Shown here piece after piece: positions 9,327 through 19,000 of a DNA stretch of 60,802 nucleotides. A program made the position numbers and the translations under genes. The notes beneath the pieces were generated by a model. The model had not been told where the DNA came from. It ran no database searches and was given only the letters and a program-made list of their open reading frames with translations. This DNA comes from an uncultured Bacteroidota bacterium (GTDB lineage: Bacteria > Bacteroidota > Bacteroidia > Flavobacteriales > Flavobacteriaceae): assembly GCA_903889745.1 (NCBI GenBank), contig CAISYO010000327.1:1-60802 (forward strand). The letters are read 5' to 3'. The stretch's first letter is position 1. Each line of letters opens with the position of its first letter.

Positions 9327-10096
9327 TGATTGAAGTAAAAAACATTGTAAAAAAATTTGGAGATCAAACCGTTTTAAAAGGGATTTCTACCCGATTTGAA
9401 GCTGGTAAGACAAATCTTATCATTGGTCAAAGTGGCTCTGGAAAAACTGTTTTTTTAAAAACTTTATTAGGAATTCATACGCCCGATGGTGGCACTATTT
9501 CATTTGACGGTAGAATTTATTCGGAATTATCAAATGATGAAAAAAGAGCGTTGAGAACAGAAATTGGAATGGTATTTCAAGGAAGCGCTTTGTTTGACAG
9601 CATGACGGTGGAAGAAAATGTGGGATTTCCTCTCAAAATGTTTACCAAAAAAACACCGAAAGAAATTAAAGAGCGTGTAGATTTTGTTATTGAACGCGTA
9701 AATTTAACCTATGCCCATTACAAACGTCCATCTGAAATTTCGGGAGGAATGCAAAAACGTGTCGCTATTGCAAGAGCTATCGTTAATAATCCTAAATATT
9801 TATTTTGCGACGAACCTAATTCGGGATTAGATCCAAAAACAGCTATTGTAATTGATAATTTAATTCAGGAAATCACAAAAGAGTATAATATTACAACCGT
9901 AATTAATACGCATGATATGAATTCGGTGATGGAGATTGGCGAAAAAATTGTCTTTCTTAAAAACGGATTACTAGAATGGGAAGGTACCAATAAAGAAATC
10001 TTCAAAACAGATAATGAAGCGGTTACCGATTTTGTCTACTCCTCTGAATTATTTAAACGCGTTAGAAAAATGTATTTGGAAGACGATGTAAAATAG
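9326..10096 (+). CDS. mlaF: MlaF family ABC transporter ATP-binding protein
   Basis: Walker A GQSGSGKT, FQGSALFDSMTV, ISGGMQKR, DEPNSGLDP; TAATG coupling with mlaE. Confidence 0.88.
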   Translation: MIEVKNIVKKFGDQTVLKGISTRFEAGKTNLIIGQSGSGKTVFLKTLLGIHTPDGGTISFDGRIYSELSNDEKRALRTEIGMVFQGSALFDSMTVEENVGFPLKMFTKKTPKEIKERVDFVIERVNLTYAHYKRPSEISGGMQKRVAIARAIVNNPKYLFCDEPNSGLDPKTAIVIDNLIQEITKEYNITTVINTHDMNSVMEIGEKIVFLKNGLLEWEGTNKEIFKTDNEAVTDFVYSSELFKRVRKMYLEDDVK

Positions 10097-10152
10097 TTTA
10101 ATTGATTTTAAAATTGTTTCTTCTTATATTTTTTCCAAAAATAAATTATTCA

Positions 10153-10755
10153 CTAATTCGGCAACAATTCAACTTCTGCATTGGGCTGAAACAAATATAA
10201 TCGTCCAGAACTAATTTCCTGACATTCATAACGTTTAACACGCAAGGCAATTTTTTTGAAAATCTTTCCATTATGAATTCTAAAATGACTTCCAAAAGGA
10301 ATTTCAAAGATATAATTTTTATCGGTTTCTTTTTGATCAAACTGCTTTAAGGCAATAGCTAATTTTGCATCGGTATCGCTACTTGCTTTTGGATTTTTAA
10401 AATGCTTTGCCAATAAAGCCAATAATTGGTGAGGAAAAATTTCGGGTCGAATAAAAGGCACCATTAATCGTTGAAAAGTGAGTTTCCATTCCTCACCATG
10501 TGGTTTTATTCGACGACCATATTTTTCAAAGGCAACTAAATGAGCAATTTCATGAATTAGGGTCATTAAAAATCGGTATTTATTCAAACTAGCATTTACC
10601 GTAATCAAATGATAACCCTGAGCATCCTTACGATAATCACCATGACGTGTAATGCGTTCGTTGACAATTTTTAAATGCACATGATTGTCTTTGATTAGCT
10701 CAAAACAATGAGTAACCGCGTGTTCTGGAAGATATTTTTGTAAAACTTCGCTCAA
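10153..10755 (-). CDS. SprT-like domain zinc metalloprotein
   Basis: TLIHEIAH (HExxH) and PHGEEWK. Confidence 0.85.
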   Translation of the reverse strand: MSEVLQKYLPEHAVTHCFELIKDNHVHLKIVNERITRHGDYRKDAQGYHLITVNASLNKYRFLMTLIHEIAHLVAFEKYGRRIKPHGEEWKLTFQRLMVPFIRPEIFPHQLLALLAKHFKNPKASSDTDAKLAIALKQFDQKETDKNYIFEIPFGSHFRIHNGKIFKKIALRVKRYECQEISSGRLYLFQPNAEVELLPN

Positions 10756-10759
10756 TTAT

Positions 10760-11437
10760 TTATGGCGTTGAAGATGAAACCTGCAATACTTTTCCGTTAT
10801 AATATTTGTTTCCCGTTAAGGCAAAATTAAAAATATAATCTGCCATTTCTTTAGCTGAAATTGGAGCAACATATCCTGGAAACGCTTCTTGTAACATTTC
10901 GGTATTTACTGCTCCAAGTGCTAAAACGTTGAAGGCAATACCTTGTTCCTTGTATTCTTCGGCTAATAATTCAGAAAGTGTAATTACAGCTCCTTTACTT
11001 GATGAATAAGCGGCTAATCCTGCAAATTTCATACTCCCTTGAATGCCTCCCATAGAACTAATTGTTACCACGTGACTTCCTTTTTCCATGAAGGGAATAC
11101 AAATTTTTGTCAATTCGGCAACCGCAAAAACATTAACTTTATAAATACTTTGAAATTCTTCTGCAGAAATTTGACCGAAAGGTTTGTGCAGTAAACTTCC
11201 TGCATTGTGAATTAATACGGCTACTTTCTTCCAAGTTTGGTTGATAAATTGTTCAACTTGAAGCAATTCTTCTGGATTAGAAATATCGATTGATAAGCAC
11301 GTTATGTTTTCGTGTTCAATTAATTCCTTGGGTGTTTTTCGCGAAAGGGCCAAAACCTGATGTCCGGCATTTGCAAATTGTAAGGCCATTTCATATCCAA
11401 TACCGCGAGAAGTTCCTGTGATGATGATGTTTTTCAA
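10760..11437 (-). CDS. Short-chain dehydrogenase/reductase
   Basis: TGTSRGIG, NAG, YSSSK (YxxxK). Confidence 0.92.
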   Translation of the reverse strand: MKNIIITGTSRGIGYEMALQFANAGHQVLALSRKTPKELIEHENITCLSIDISNPEELLQVEQFINQTWKKVAVLIHNAGSLLHKPFGQISAEEFQSIYKVNVFAVAELTKICIPFMEKGSHVVTISSMGGIQGSMKFAGLAAYSSSKGAVITLSELLAEEYKEQGIAFNVLALGAVNTEMLQEAFPGYVAPISAKEMADYIFNFALTGNKYYNGKVLQVSSSTP

Positions 11438-11473
11438 AATAGTTGCTATTTTTTTTTAGTAAAAATAAGAAAT

Positions 11474-11500
11474 AAAAAAATCCCGAAGAAATTTCGGGAT
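11474..11500 (-). terminator. Intrinsic terminator after pdhC
   Basis: ATCCCGAA/TTCGGGAT stem with an A7 run (U tract on the minus strand). Confidence 0.75.
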
Positions 11501-11521
11501 CTTAAAATATTAAATAATCAT

Positions 11522-13132
11522 TTAAACAAACATTGCAAAAGGGTTTTCCATGAACGCTTTAAATGTTTGTAAGAACTGAGCTCCTGTTGCACCATCCACC
11601 GTTCTGTGATCACAAGCTAAAGTAACGGTCATCGTATTTCCTACCACAATTTGACCTTTTTTAACTACCGGTTTTTCTATAATCGCTCCAACCGATAAAA
11701 TGGCAGAATTGGGTTGGTTAATGATTGAAGTGAATGATTGAATTCCAAACATTCCTAAATTTGAAATGGTAAAAGTACTTCCTTCCATTTCAGCAGGCTG
11801 AATTTTTCTAGATTTTGCTTTTCCTGCTAGGTCTTTTACAGTTGCTCCTATTTGCGTTAAACTCATTTCATCTGTAAATTTCAATACCGGAACCATTAAT
11901 CCGTCTTCAACTGCAACAGCAACGCCAATATTTACATGGTGATTAATTACCATAGCATCTTCTCTCCATTGAGAATTTACTTGTGGATGTTTTTTCAATG
12001 CCATTGCACTAGCTTTGATAACCATGTCATTAAAAGAAATTTTGGTTTCTGGTAATCCATTAATCATGTTTCTTGAAGCTATTGCATTGTCCATATCCAA
12101 CTCAATAGTTAAATAATAATGTGGTGCTGTAAATTTAGATTCTGATAAACGTTTAGCAATGGTCTTACGCATTTGCGAATTGGTAATTTCTTCTTTAAAG
12201 ACTTCACCTGTTGGTACAAATGGCTTAACATTTGAAAACGAATTAACTCCATCTGCAACAGCATTTGAAAACGATGCAGCTCTAGGTGTAAAGTTTTCCA
12301 CATCACTTTTTACAATTCTTCCGTTTTCTCCCGAACCTGAAACCTGTGATAAATTAATTCCTTTGTCGTGTGCAATTTTTTTAGCTAACGGCGAAGCAAA
12401 GATTCTATCGGTATTGTTTGTTGTTTGTTGTTGTTTATTTGTTGTTTCTACTTGAGAAATAGCTTTTTCTTCAACTTTGGGTTCCGAAGTTTCGGAATCA
12501 GCGACTGCTCCAACTTTATAATTGGCTGCAATTTTTGATACATCTGTTCCTGCTGGACCTAAAATGGCCAAAACAGCATCTACTGGTGCTGAATCGCCTT
12601 CTTGGATTCCAATATATAATAAAGTTCCCGAATTAAATGATTCAAATTCCATGGTAGCCTTATCGGTTTCAATTTCGGCTAAGATATCTCCTTCTTTTAC
12701 TGTATCTCCAACTTTTTTTAACCAAGTTGCGACAGTCCCTGTTGTCATCGTGTCTGATAAACGAGGCATCGTAACCACTTTTACATTAGCAGGAAGTTGG
12801 GAGCTGGGAGTTGGGAGTTCTTCTTTAACTTCAACTTTTTCTTCTTTATTTTCTGATGCAGTTCCGCTACTTAATAAGGCAGAAATGTCTTCTCCAGATT
12901 TTCCAACAATTGCCAATAATGAATCTACCGGAGCAGATTGACCTTCTTGAATTCCAATATGCAATAATACACCATCATGAAATGATTCAAATTCCATCGT
13001 GGCTTTATCAGTTTCAATTTCTGCAAGAATATCACCAGTTTTTATTGTGTCCCCAACTTTTTTTAACCAAGTGGCTACAACTCCTTCTGTCATTGTATCA
13101 CTCAAACGGGGCATAGTTATAATTTGTGCCAT
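11522..13132 (-). CDS. pdhC: Pyruvate dehydrogenase E2, dihydrolipoamide acetyltransferase, with two lipoyl domains
   Basis: Two ETDKAT lipoyl motifs, ASPLAKKIA E3-binding domain, DHRTVDG catalytic motif. Confidence 0.96.
   Translation of the reverse strand: MAQIITMPRLSDTMTEGVVATWLKKVGDTIKTGDILAEIETDKATMEFESFHDGVLLHIGIQEGQSAPVDSLLAIVGKSGEDISALLSSGTASENKEEKVEVKEELPTPSSQLPANVKVVTMPRLSDTMTTGTVATWLKKVGDTVKEGDILAEIETDKATMEFESFNSGTLLYIGIQEGDSAPVDAVLAILGPAGTDVSKIAANYKVGAVADSETSEPKVEEKAISQVETTNKQQQTTNNTDRIFASPLAKKIAHDKGINLSQVSGSGENGRIVKSDVENFTPRAASFSNAVADGVNSFSNVKPFVPTGEVFKEEITNSQMRKTIAKRLSESKFTAPHYYLTIELDMDNAIASRNMINGLPETKISFNDMVIKASAMALKKHPQVNSQWREDAMVINHHVNIGVAVAVEDGLMVPVLKFTDEMSLTQIGATVKDLAGKAKSRKIQPAEMEGSTFTISNLGMFGIQSFTSIINQPNSAILSVGAIIEKPVVKKGQIVVGNTMTVTLACDHRTVDGATGAQFLQTFKAFMENPFAMFV
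12414..12447. repeat. In-frame TTGTTTG-type array in the pdhC linker
   Basis: TTGTTTGTTGTTTGTTGTTGTTTATTTGTTGTTT encodes TTNKQQQTTNN. Confidence 0.6.
12792..12819. repeat. In-frame heptamer array in the pdhC inter-lipoyl linker
   Basis: GGAAGTT GGGAGCT GGGAGTT GGGAGTT encodes LPTPSSQLP. Confidence 0.8.
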
Positions 13133-13137
13133 ATTCT

Positions 13138-14136
13138 TTATAATTTATGAGGTATAAATGGATAATTTGGCTCTTCGTAGACAACATCGTATAACTGACT
13201 CACTTCTGGAAACGGAGATTCATCAGCAAATTTTTCACATTCAGCGACTAAATCTGAAACTCTTTGATCGATTGCTTCGATTTCGGCATCTGTAGCGTAT
13301 TTTTTCTCTTTGATAATGTCTAAAACTTGCGTTATTGGATCAATTTTTCTGTATTCTTCAACCTCATCTTTCGTTCTATACAATTGAGCATCAGACATTG
13401 AGTGTCCTCTGTATCGATACGTTTTCATTTCAAGAAATGTTGGTCCGTCTCCACGACGTGCTCTTTCAATGGCTTCGTGCATGGCTTCTGCCACTTTAAT
13501 TGGATTCATTCCATCAACAGGGCCACATGGCATTTCGTATCCTAAACCTAATTTCCAAATATCGGTATGATTTGCAGTTCTTTCTACTGAAGTTCCCATA
13601 GCGTAACCATTGTTTTCAACAATAAATACAACTGGTAATTTCCAATTCATCGCCATATTAAAGGCTTCGTGCAAAGAACCTTGACGTGCTGCACCATCAC
13701 CAAAATAGGTTAAAGTTACACCGCCTGTTTCAAAATACTTATCGGCAAAAGCTATTCCTGCTCCTACTGGAATTTGAGCACCTACAATTCCGTGACCACC
13801 ATAAAAGCCGTGTTCTTTTGAAAAAATGTGCATAGATCCGCCCATTCCTTTTGAAGTTCCAGTTACCTTTCCATACAATTCAGCCATTACTTTTTTAGGA
13901 TCAACTCCCATTGCAATTGGCTGCACGTGGTTTCTATATGCGGTAATCATTTTATCTTTAGACAAATCCATTGCGTGAATGGCTCCAGCAAGTACTGCTT
14001 CTTGTCCGTTATATAAATGCAAAAATCCTCTAACTTTTTGTTGGATGTAAACAGCAGCTAATTTATCTTCAAATTTTCTCCAAAACTGCATGTCTTCATA
14101 CCACTTAAGGTAAACTTCTTTGGTTATTGGCTTCAT
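13138..14136 (-). CDS. pdhA: Pyruvate dehydrogenase E1 alpha subunit
   Basis: GFLHLYNGQEA, TPP motif GDGA...ENN, TYRYRGHSMSD. Confidence 0.97.
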   Translation of the reverse strand: MKPITKEVYLKWYEDMQFWRKFEDKLAAVYIQQKVRGFLHLYNGQEAVLAGAIHAMDLSKDKMITAYRNHVQPIAMGVDPKKVMAELYGKVTGTSKGMGGSMHIFSKEHGFYGGHGIVGAQIPVGAGIAFADKYFETGGVTLTYFGDGAARQGSLHEAFNMAMNWKLPVVFIVENNGYAMGTSVERTANHTDIWKLGLGYEMPCGPVDGMNPIKVAEAMHEAIERARRGDGPTFLEMKTYRYRGHSMSDAQLYRTKDEVEEYRKIDPITQVLDIIKEKKYATDAEIEAIDQRVSDLVAECEKFADESPFPEVSQLYDVVYEEPNYPFIPHKL

Positions 14137-14296
14137 TGTTGTTTGTTTGTTTTTTTTGATTCTATTGATTGTAAATCGTTATTTGATTCCAATTTTACGA
14201 AAAGCAAAAATACTACATAGATTCGTACTGAAAAAATTAAATTCTATGATTTTTGCGATTTTTTGTATTAAATCGATAAAAAAATTTACGAAATCG

Positions 14297-14776
14297 TTAT
14301 AGATTATTTTTATCAAAAACTAAAGGTAGAATATTTTTTAAAGAATCTGATTTATAAATAGGACCTTCGGCACCCATAAATAAAATTTCAATAGGAGTAT
14401 CTTGCTTCATTTCATATTCTGCAATAGCTTGACGGCAACTCCCACAAGGCGGAATTGGCTCTACAAGATTCCTGTCTTTAGGTGATGCTGTGATGAACAT
14501 TTTGAGCATTTTTGCGGTTGGATATTTAGCACCTGCATAATAAATAGCCACGCGTTCTGCACATAACCCAGATGGATAAGCTGCATTTTCTTGATTTGAA
14601 CCTTGAACCACTACTCCATTATCTAACAAAATTGCTACGCCAACCGTAAATTTTGAATAAGGCGCATAAGCATTAGCTCTAGCTTCAAAAGCTTGATTCA
14701 TCAAATCAATTTCCTGTGAAGACAACTCTTCTTTTGAGAGGATTGAAATCACGGTATTAATGGTTATTTGCTTCAT
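14297..14776 (-). CDS. cdd: Cytidine deaminase
   Basis: AYAPYSKF.VG, NQENAAY, LCAER, PCGSCRQ zinc ligands; start placed at ATG 14776. Confidence 0.93.
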   Translation of the reverse strand: MKQITINTVISILSKEELSSQEIDLMNQAFEARANAYAPYSKFTVGVAILLDNGVVVQGSNQENAAYPSGLCAERVAIYYAGAKYPTAKMLKMFITASPKDRNLVEPIPPCGSCRQAIAEYEMKQDTPIEILFMGAEGPIYKSDSLKNILPLVFDKNNL

Positions 14777-14784
14777 ATGTGTGG

Positions 14785-14814
14785 AAAAAAAATCCAAATT
14801 CTACGAATTTGGAT
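14785..14814 (-). terminator. Intrinsic terminator after porV
   Basis: ATCCAAATT/AATTTGGAT stem with an A run. Confidence 0.6.
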
Positions 14815-14836
14815 AGTTAGTTATATTACTTTAAAT

Positions 14837-16057
14837 TTATAGTTCGTCATAATCATCTCCAAAATTAAACGTTAGCGAGAAACGCAACGTATTTTCTAAT
14901 GGATTTCTCACTTTTGAAGCGGAGAACAAATAAGACACATCTACTTTTACTACATTGTATTTAAAACCTGCACCCATGGTAAAGAATTTTCTTGCACCTT
15001 TTAATTCATGTTCATTAAAAAACCCTAATCGAAGTGCAAATGAATCTTGATAAGTATACTCTGCTCCTAAAGCCCAAGTAAATTCTCTTAACTCTTCTGA
15101 AAATCCATCAGGGGCATCATTAAACGATTTAAAAATTCCTTGTGCCCAGCCTATTTTTCGGTAATCTGATTTAGCTAAATTATTAGCAGCCAAAGCCTCA
15201 GCAGGAGAAATATCGCCTTCGTCATCATAACTTGAATTACCATTTAAGTCTACAGCAGTAATCAATTCTGGAGGAGTTGGTACTAAAAGTTTTGTTACTT
15301 CGGCAGTAACACCTACTTTATTATATTCGTCGAAAACAAAATCAAAACCAGTTCCTAAACGCATGTTAGCGGGTAAAAAATTGTTATTAAAATCATCGTT
15401 ATCGTAGCTGATTTTAGGTCCCATATTTTGAAAATTAAATCCTGCTCTCCATCGACCATTAAAATCGGTATAAGCTATTTCTTCCGATTGATAATACCCT
15501 GCTACATCTACAGCAAAACTTGTTGCAGCAGTAGCATCATTATTGGCATCAACCGTTTTTAACGCAGAACGAATAAATTTTCCACCTACGGCCATTGAAA
15601 ATCGATCACTTAATTTTAAGGAATAAGAACCATCAAGCGCAAACTCATTTGGATTTACTATTCTTGGAATTTCATTTGGATCACCTGTTTCTCTAAACTC
15701 AATATCTCCTAAACCAAAATAGCGCAATGATCCTGCAAAGGCACTTCGTTCATTAATTCTATTATAATAAGTTATTTGACCTAATGAAATATCATTTGCA
15801 ATGCTCACTAAATATGGGGTGTAACTTATAGAGAACCCTTGCTTTTGCAATGAAAAAGCATATTTTGCTGGATTGTATTGTTGCGAAAAAGCATCGGCAG
15901 AAGTAGCGACACCCATATCGGCCATACCTGCTGATCGAGCATCTGCGGCTACTAATAAAAAAGGTACTCCGGTAGTGATAACGCGGTTATTGGTTTCTTG
16001 TGCTTTTGCAAATTGACCCACTACAACAAGGGATAATAATAAAGCAATTTTTCTCAT
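14837..16057 (-). CDS. porV: Type IX secretion system outer-membrane protein PorV
   Basis: Signal peptide, ITTGVPFL..AADARSAGMADMGVATSAD, NPAKY, NPLENTLRFSL; downstream of porU. Confidence 0.93.
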   Translation of the reverse strand: MRKIALLLSLVVVGQFAKAQETNNRVITTGVPFLLVAADARSAGMADMGVATSADAFSQQYNPAKYAFSLQKQGFSISYTPYLVSIANDISLGQITYYNRINERSAFAGSLRYFGLGDIEFRETGDPNEIPRIVNPNEFALDGSYSLKLSDRFSMAVGGKFIRSALKTVDANNDATAATSFAVDVAGYYQSEEIAYTDFNGRWRAGFNFQNMGPKISYDNDDFNNNFLPANMRLGTGFDFVFDEYNKVGVTAEVTKLLVPTPPELITAVDLNGNSSYDDEGDISPAEALAANNLAKSDYRKIGWAQGIFKSFNDAPDGFSEELREFTWALGAEYTYQDSFALRLGFFNEHELKGARKFFTMGAGFKYNVVKVDVSYLFSASKVRNPLENTLRFSLTFNFGDDYDEL

Positions 16058-16095
16058 TTTACTAAAGGTATTAATTTCACAAATATAGTATTTTA

Positions 16096-19000
16096 TTATA
16101 GGATTACAAGTTTCTCATACTTTTCGGCTGATTTACCAGTTGCAACAGACTTAACCGTTAACTTATAGACATATACTCCTTTTCCTATTTTATCACCAAA
16201 ATCATCTTTTCCATCCCAAGTAATTGATCTGCTCAAAAAACCATCAGACACAACTTGTTGGTTAATAGTTTTTACTAATTTTCCTGAAATAGTAAGAATT
16301 TGAACTTGAACATCTAAAGGTTCAAATGGCATGTTATGATTGAACCAAAATTCGGTATAACTAACGAATGGATTTGGGTAATTAAGTACTTTTTCAAGCT
16401 TCAATCCTTCGTCTGAACAAATGGCGTTAAACTGAATTTCAGATGTAATTAAATTGTTATATACATCCCAAGCTTTAAATAGAACTGTATGCAAGCCAGG
16501 CGTTAGATCTCTAAATGGAAATCGAATAGATCCATTAGTATAGTCATCGTTTTCAGTTTCATAATAATCATTCAGCACATATGGGTTTGACTCGTCACCA
16601 TCTAAAATAGCTACAATATCATGCCCAATACCACTTGCTGTATTAATTCCATTTTCATCCGATAAAAAAGCCAATAATATTGGAGCACAATTAGTAATTC
16701 CGCCCGAAACAAATGCTTCATCATTCATATGTAAACGAACAGTTGGCGGAGTATTATCAGTGGGTGCCGTAGTATTTACACCGCCAATTTGAATTGTTTG
16801 ATCATATCCTGTTTCATCTTCGAGAACCACACCTTCTTTTTTAGCATAAAAACTAATCTTTCCATTTCCAACAGGGATTCGAATGTCTTGAGGAACCACA
16901 AAACTAAACTCGAATTGCCCATTTACTACCGATGCATTTCCTCTAAAAATGGTTTCTCCTAAAGTAGTAAAATTCATAATTATTAATCCGTTAGCATCAG
17001 ATGTTCCGTTATTACCGAGCGTACTTCTATTAATTTCTTTGTCGAAAATTTGAACTGCTAAATCTCCTGTATAATTTGATTGTAAAACATCGTTTTCATC
17101 TCTAACTTCACCTGAAATTTTAACCAAACTCAAGGCTTGCAAAACGGGTAATGGTTGCGAAACAGGAACATCATTTATTTTTGTAAGTACGACTTTAGGT
17201 TTAGGAATAGCTAATTTCAATGCAGGATCACCAATGTAGAAAACAACCCTACGATTATCGGAAGCCGTTGCTATCTTAGTTAATCTGAGTGCTTCTGCAA
17301 TAGTTGGATAATTTGTTGAACCGTAAGCATATAAATCTTCCGTTAAAAGATTATTCATGGTAAATCCTGTAGAAACACCTATTTGTCTGGTCGTGGCAAT
17401 TAATCCTATTGCCCCTCCTGCTTTATTCCAAAACATGTATTCGCCTCCAGTAAATCTATTTGGATCATCAAAACGAGTAAATTCACAAGTAATCGTAACA
17501 AATAAAGGGTATCGATATTTATTGGTTAAATTTTGTGCTTCTAATTTTTCAAATAAACGTTCTCTTGCTAAAAATTCTTCATTACCATGCCCAAAATAAT
17601 TAAATACTAAAGCGCCCAATTGTAGTGCGTCTAAAAAATCTTTTTTGGCTTCAGGATAACGTTCTCCACCTGCAGCAACTTGTTGAACATAGGCGTCGGT
17701 ATGGATTTTTTTTGCGTTTACAAAGGGTTTTTGAGTCGTTAATACATCTGCAAGATTATTCAAACCCACTTGTAATGTGGCGTCTGTAGAATTATCAGCA
17801 TCGTCAGAATAGATGACAAAATTATTACGCCATCTTCCATATGATTTTTCATCATGATATTCTAACACTTTATTGACCATTTCTGCAGCTTGTGATGTTG
17901 ATGAAACTAAGATTCTTCCTACAGCAATGTCAATTCCGTCAAAGCTACCTGTCATGGTTCCTTCTGAATCATCCATTAATCCATAAAAATCATCAGACAT
18001 AAAGGATGAATATAAAGAAAAATTTGAGGAATTGTTTATTTCGTTTAATGAAGGGTTAAAACCATGAAAAACAGGAACAATATTAGTATTATTAAATATT
18101 CGATCCTTATAATCATAGGATGCGTCGCCAAATAAATTAACATATTTTACTCTCTTTTCAGGCAATGAAGCATTCCAATAGACATATTTGATAAAATTAC
18201 GTATCGCTGCAATATCTTGCTTACCCGATGAAAATTCTTGATAAATTTTATCCAATGGAACCACACGCACACTCATTCCAGAATTAGTTCTGTGAAAATT
18301 TGCCAAGGTTTCTGCCTGATTTACTAAAAACTGTGGGGTAATAATTAAATAATCAACATCTTGAAAATTTCCAAAATTATCTTTAAAAATAGTTCCCTTT
18401 AGGTTTTGATTAACCACACTAGAAGAAGATTCCTTCAATGGCAGATATAAATCCGACTCATCAATAGCAACATATTTTTTTGCTGTTCCTAAATTTACTT
18501 TGAAAGAAAAATTAGCCCCTGCAGTATTGTCATATTTTGCAACATTATAGATGTCAGTTACATCCCAAATTTGCGAAATCGCAGCAGCATTTGTAAACGA
18601 GTATTGACCAACACCAATATTTGTCTGTTCTAAATCATTTGAAAAAAGAAACTGTTTACCAAATCCAACCAAATTTCGTTTTACTTTAAGACGAATAAAA
18701 TCGAGAAATCCATTTGCTGTGGGCACCCCACCATTATCATACGTTAGTAAAAAATCTAATGCGTTAGTTGTAGCTGAAAATGTGGTATTTAAAGCTGTTT
18801 CATAACCTTCAATTCCCCCATTTGAAATAATTTGCGGAAAAGTAACCGTACCGATATCTTGATTATTAACTTTAAAATTAAACGATGAATTTCCAAATGA
18901 TTTAGATGCTGTGTTAATTTTAACTTCAACTGGAACTGTTAGATCTAAATTGGGAACAGAAAAAGAAAAAGTTTTTGTATTGTCAATATTAAACTGTTCG

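Noticed and set aside
12640-13130. Internal DNA and protein duplication in pdhC
   Set aside because: Explained by the two lipoyl domains normal for E2 subunits.
11522-14136. pdhB missing between pdhA and pdhC
   Set aside because: A separately located E1 beta gene is the usual arrangement in Flavobacteriaceae, as far as I recall. Its absence cannot be judged from one window.
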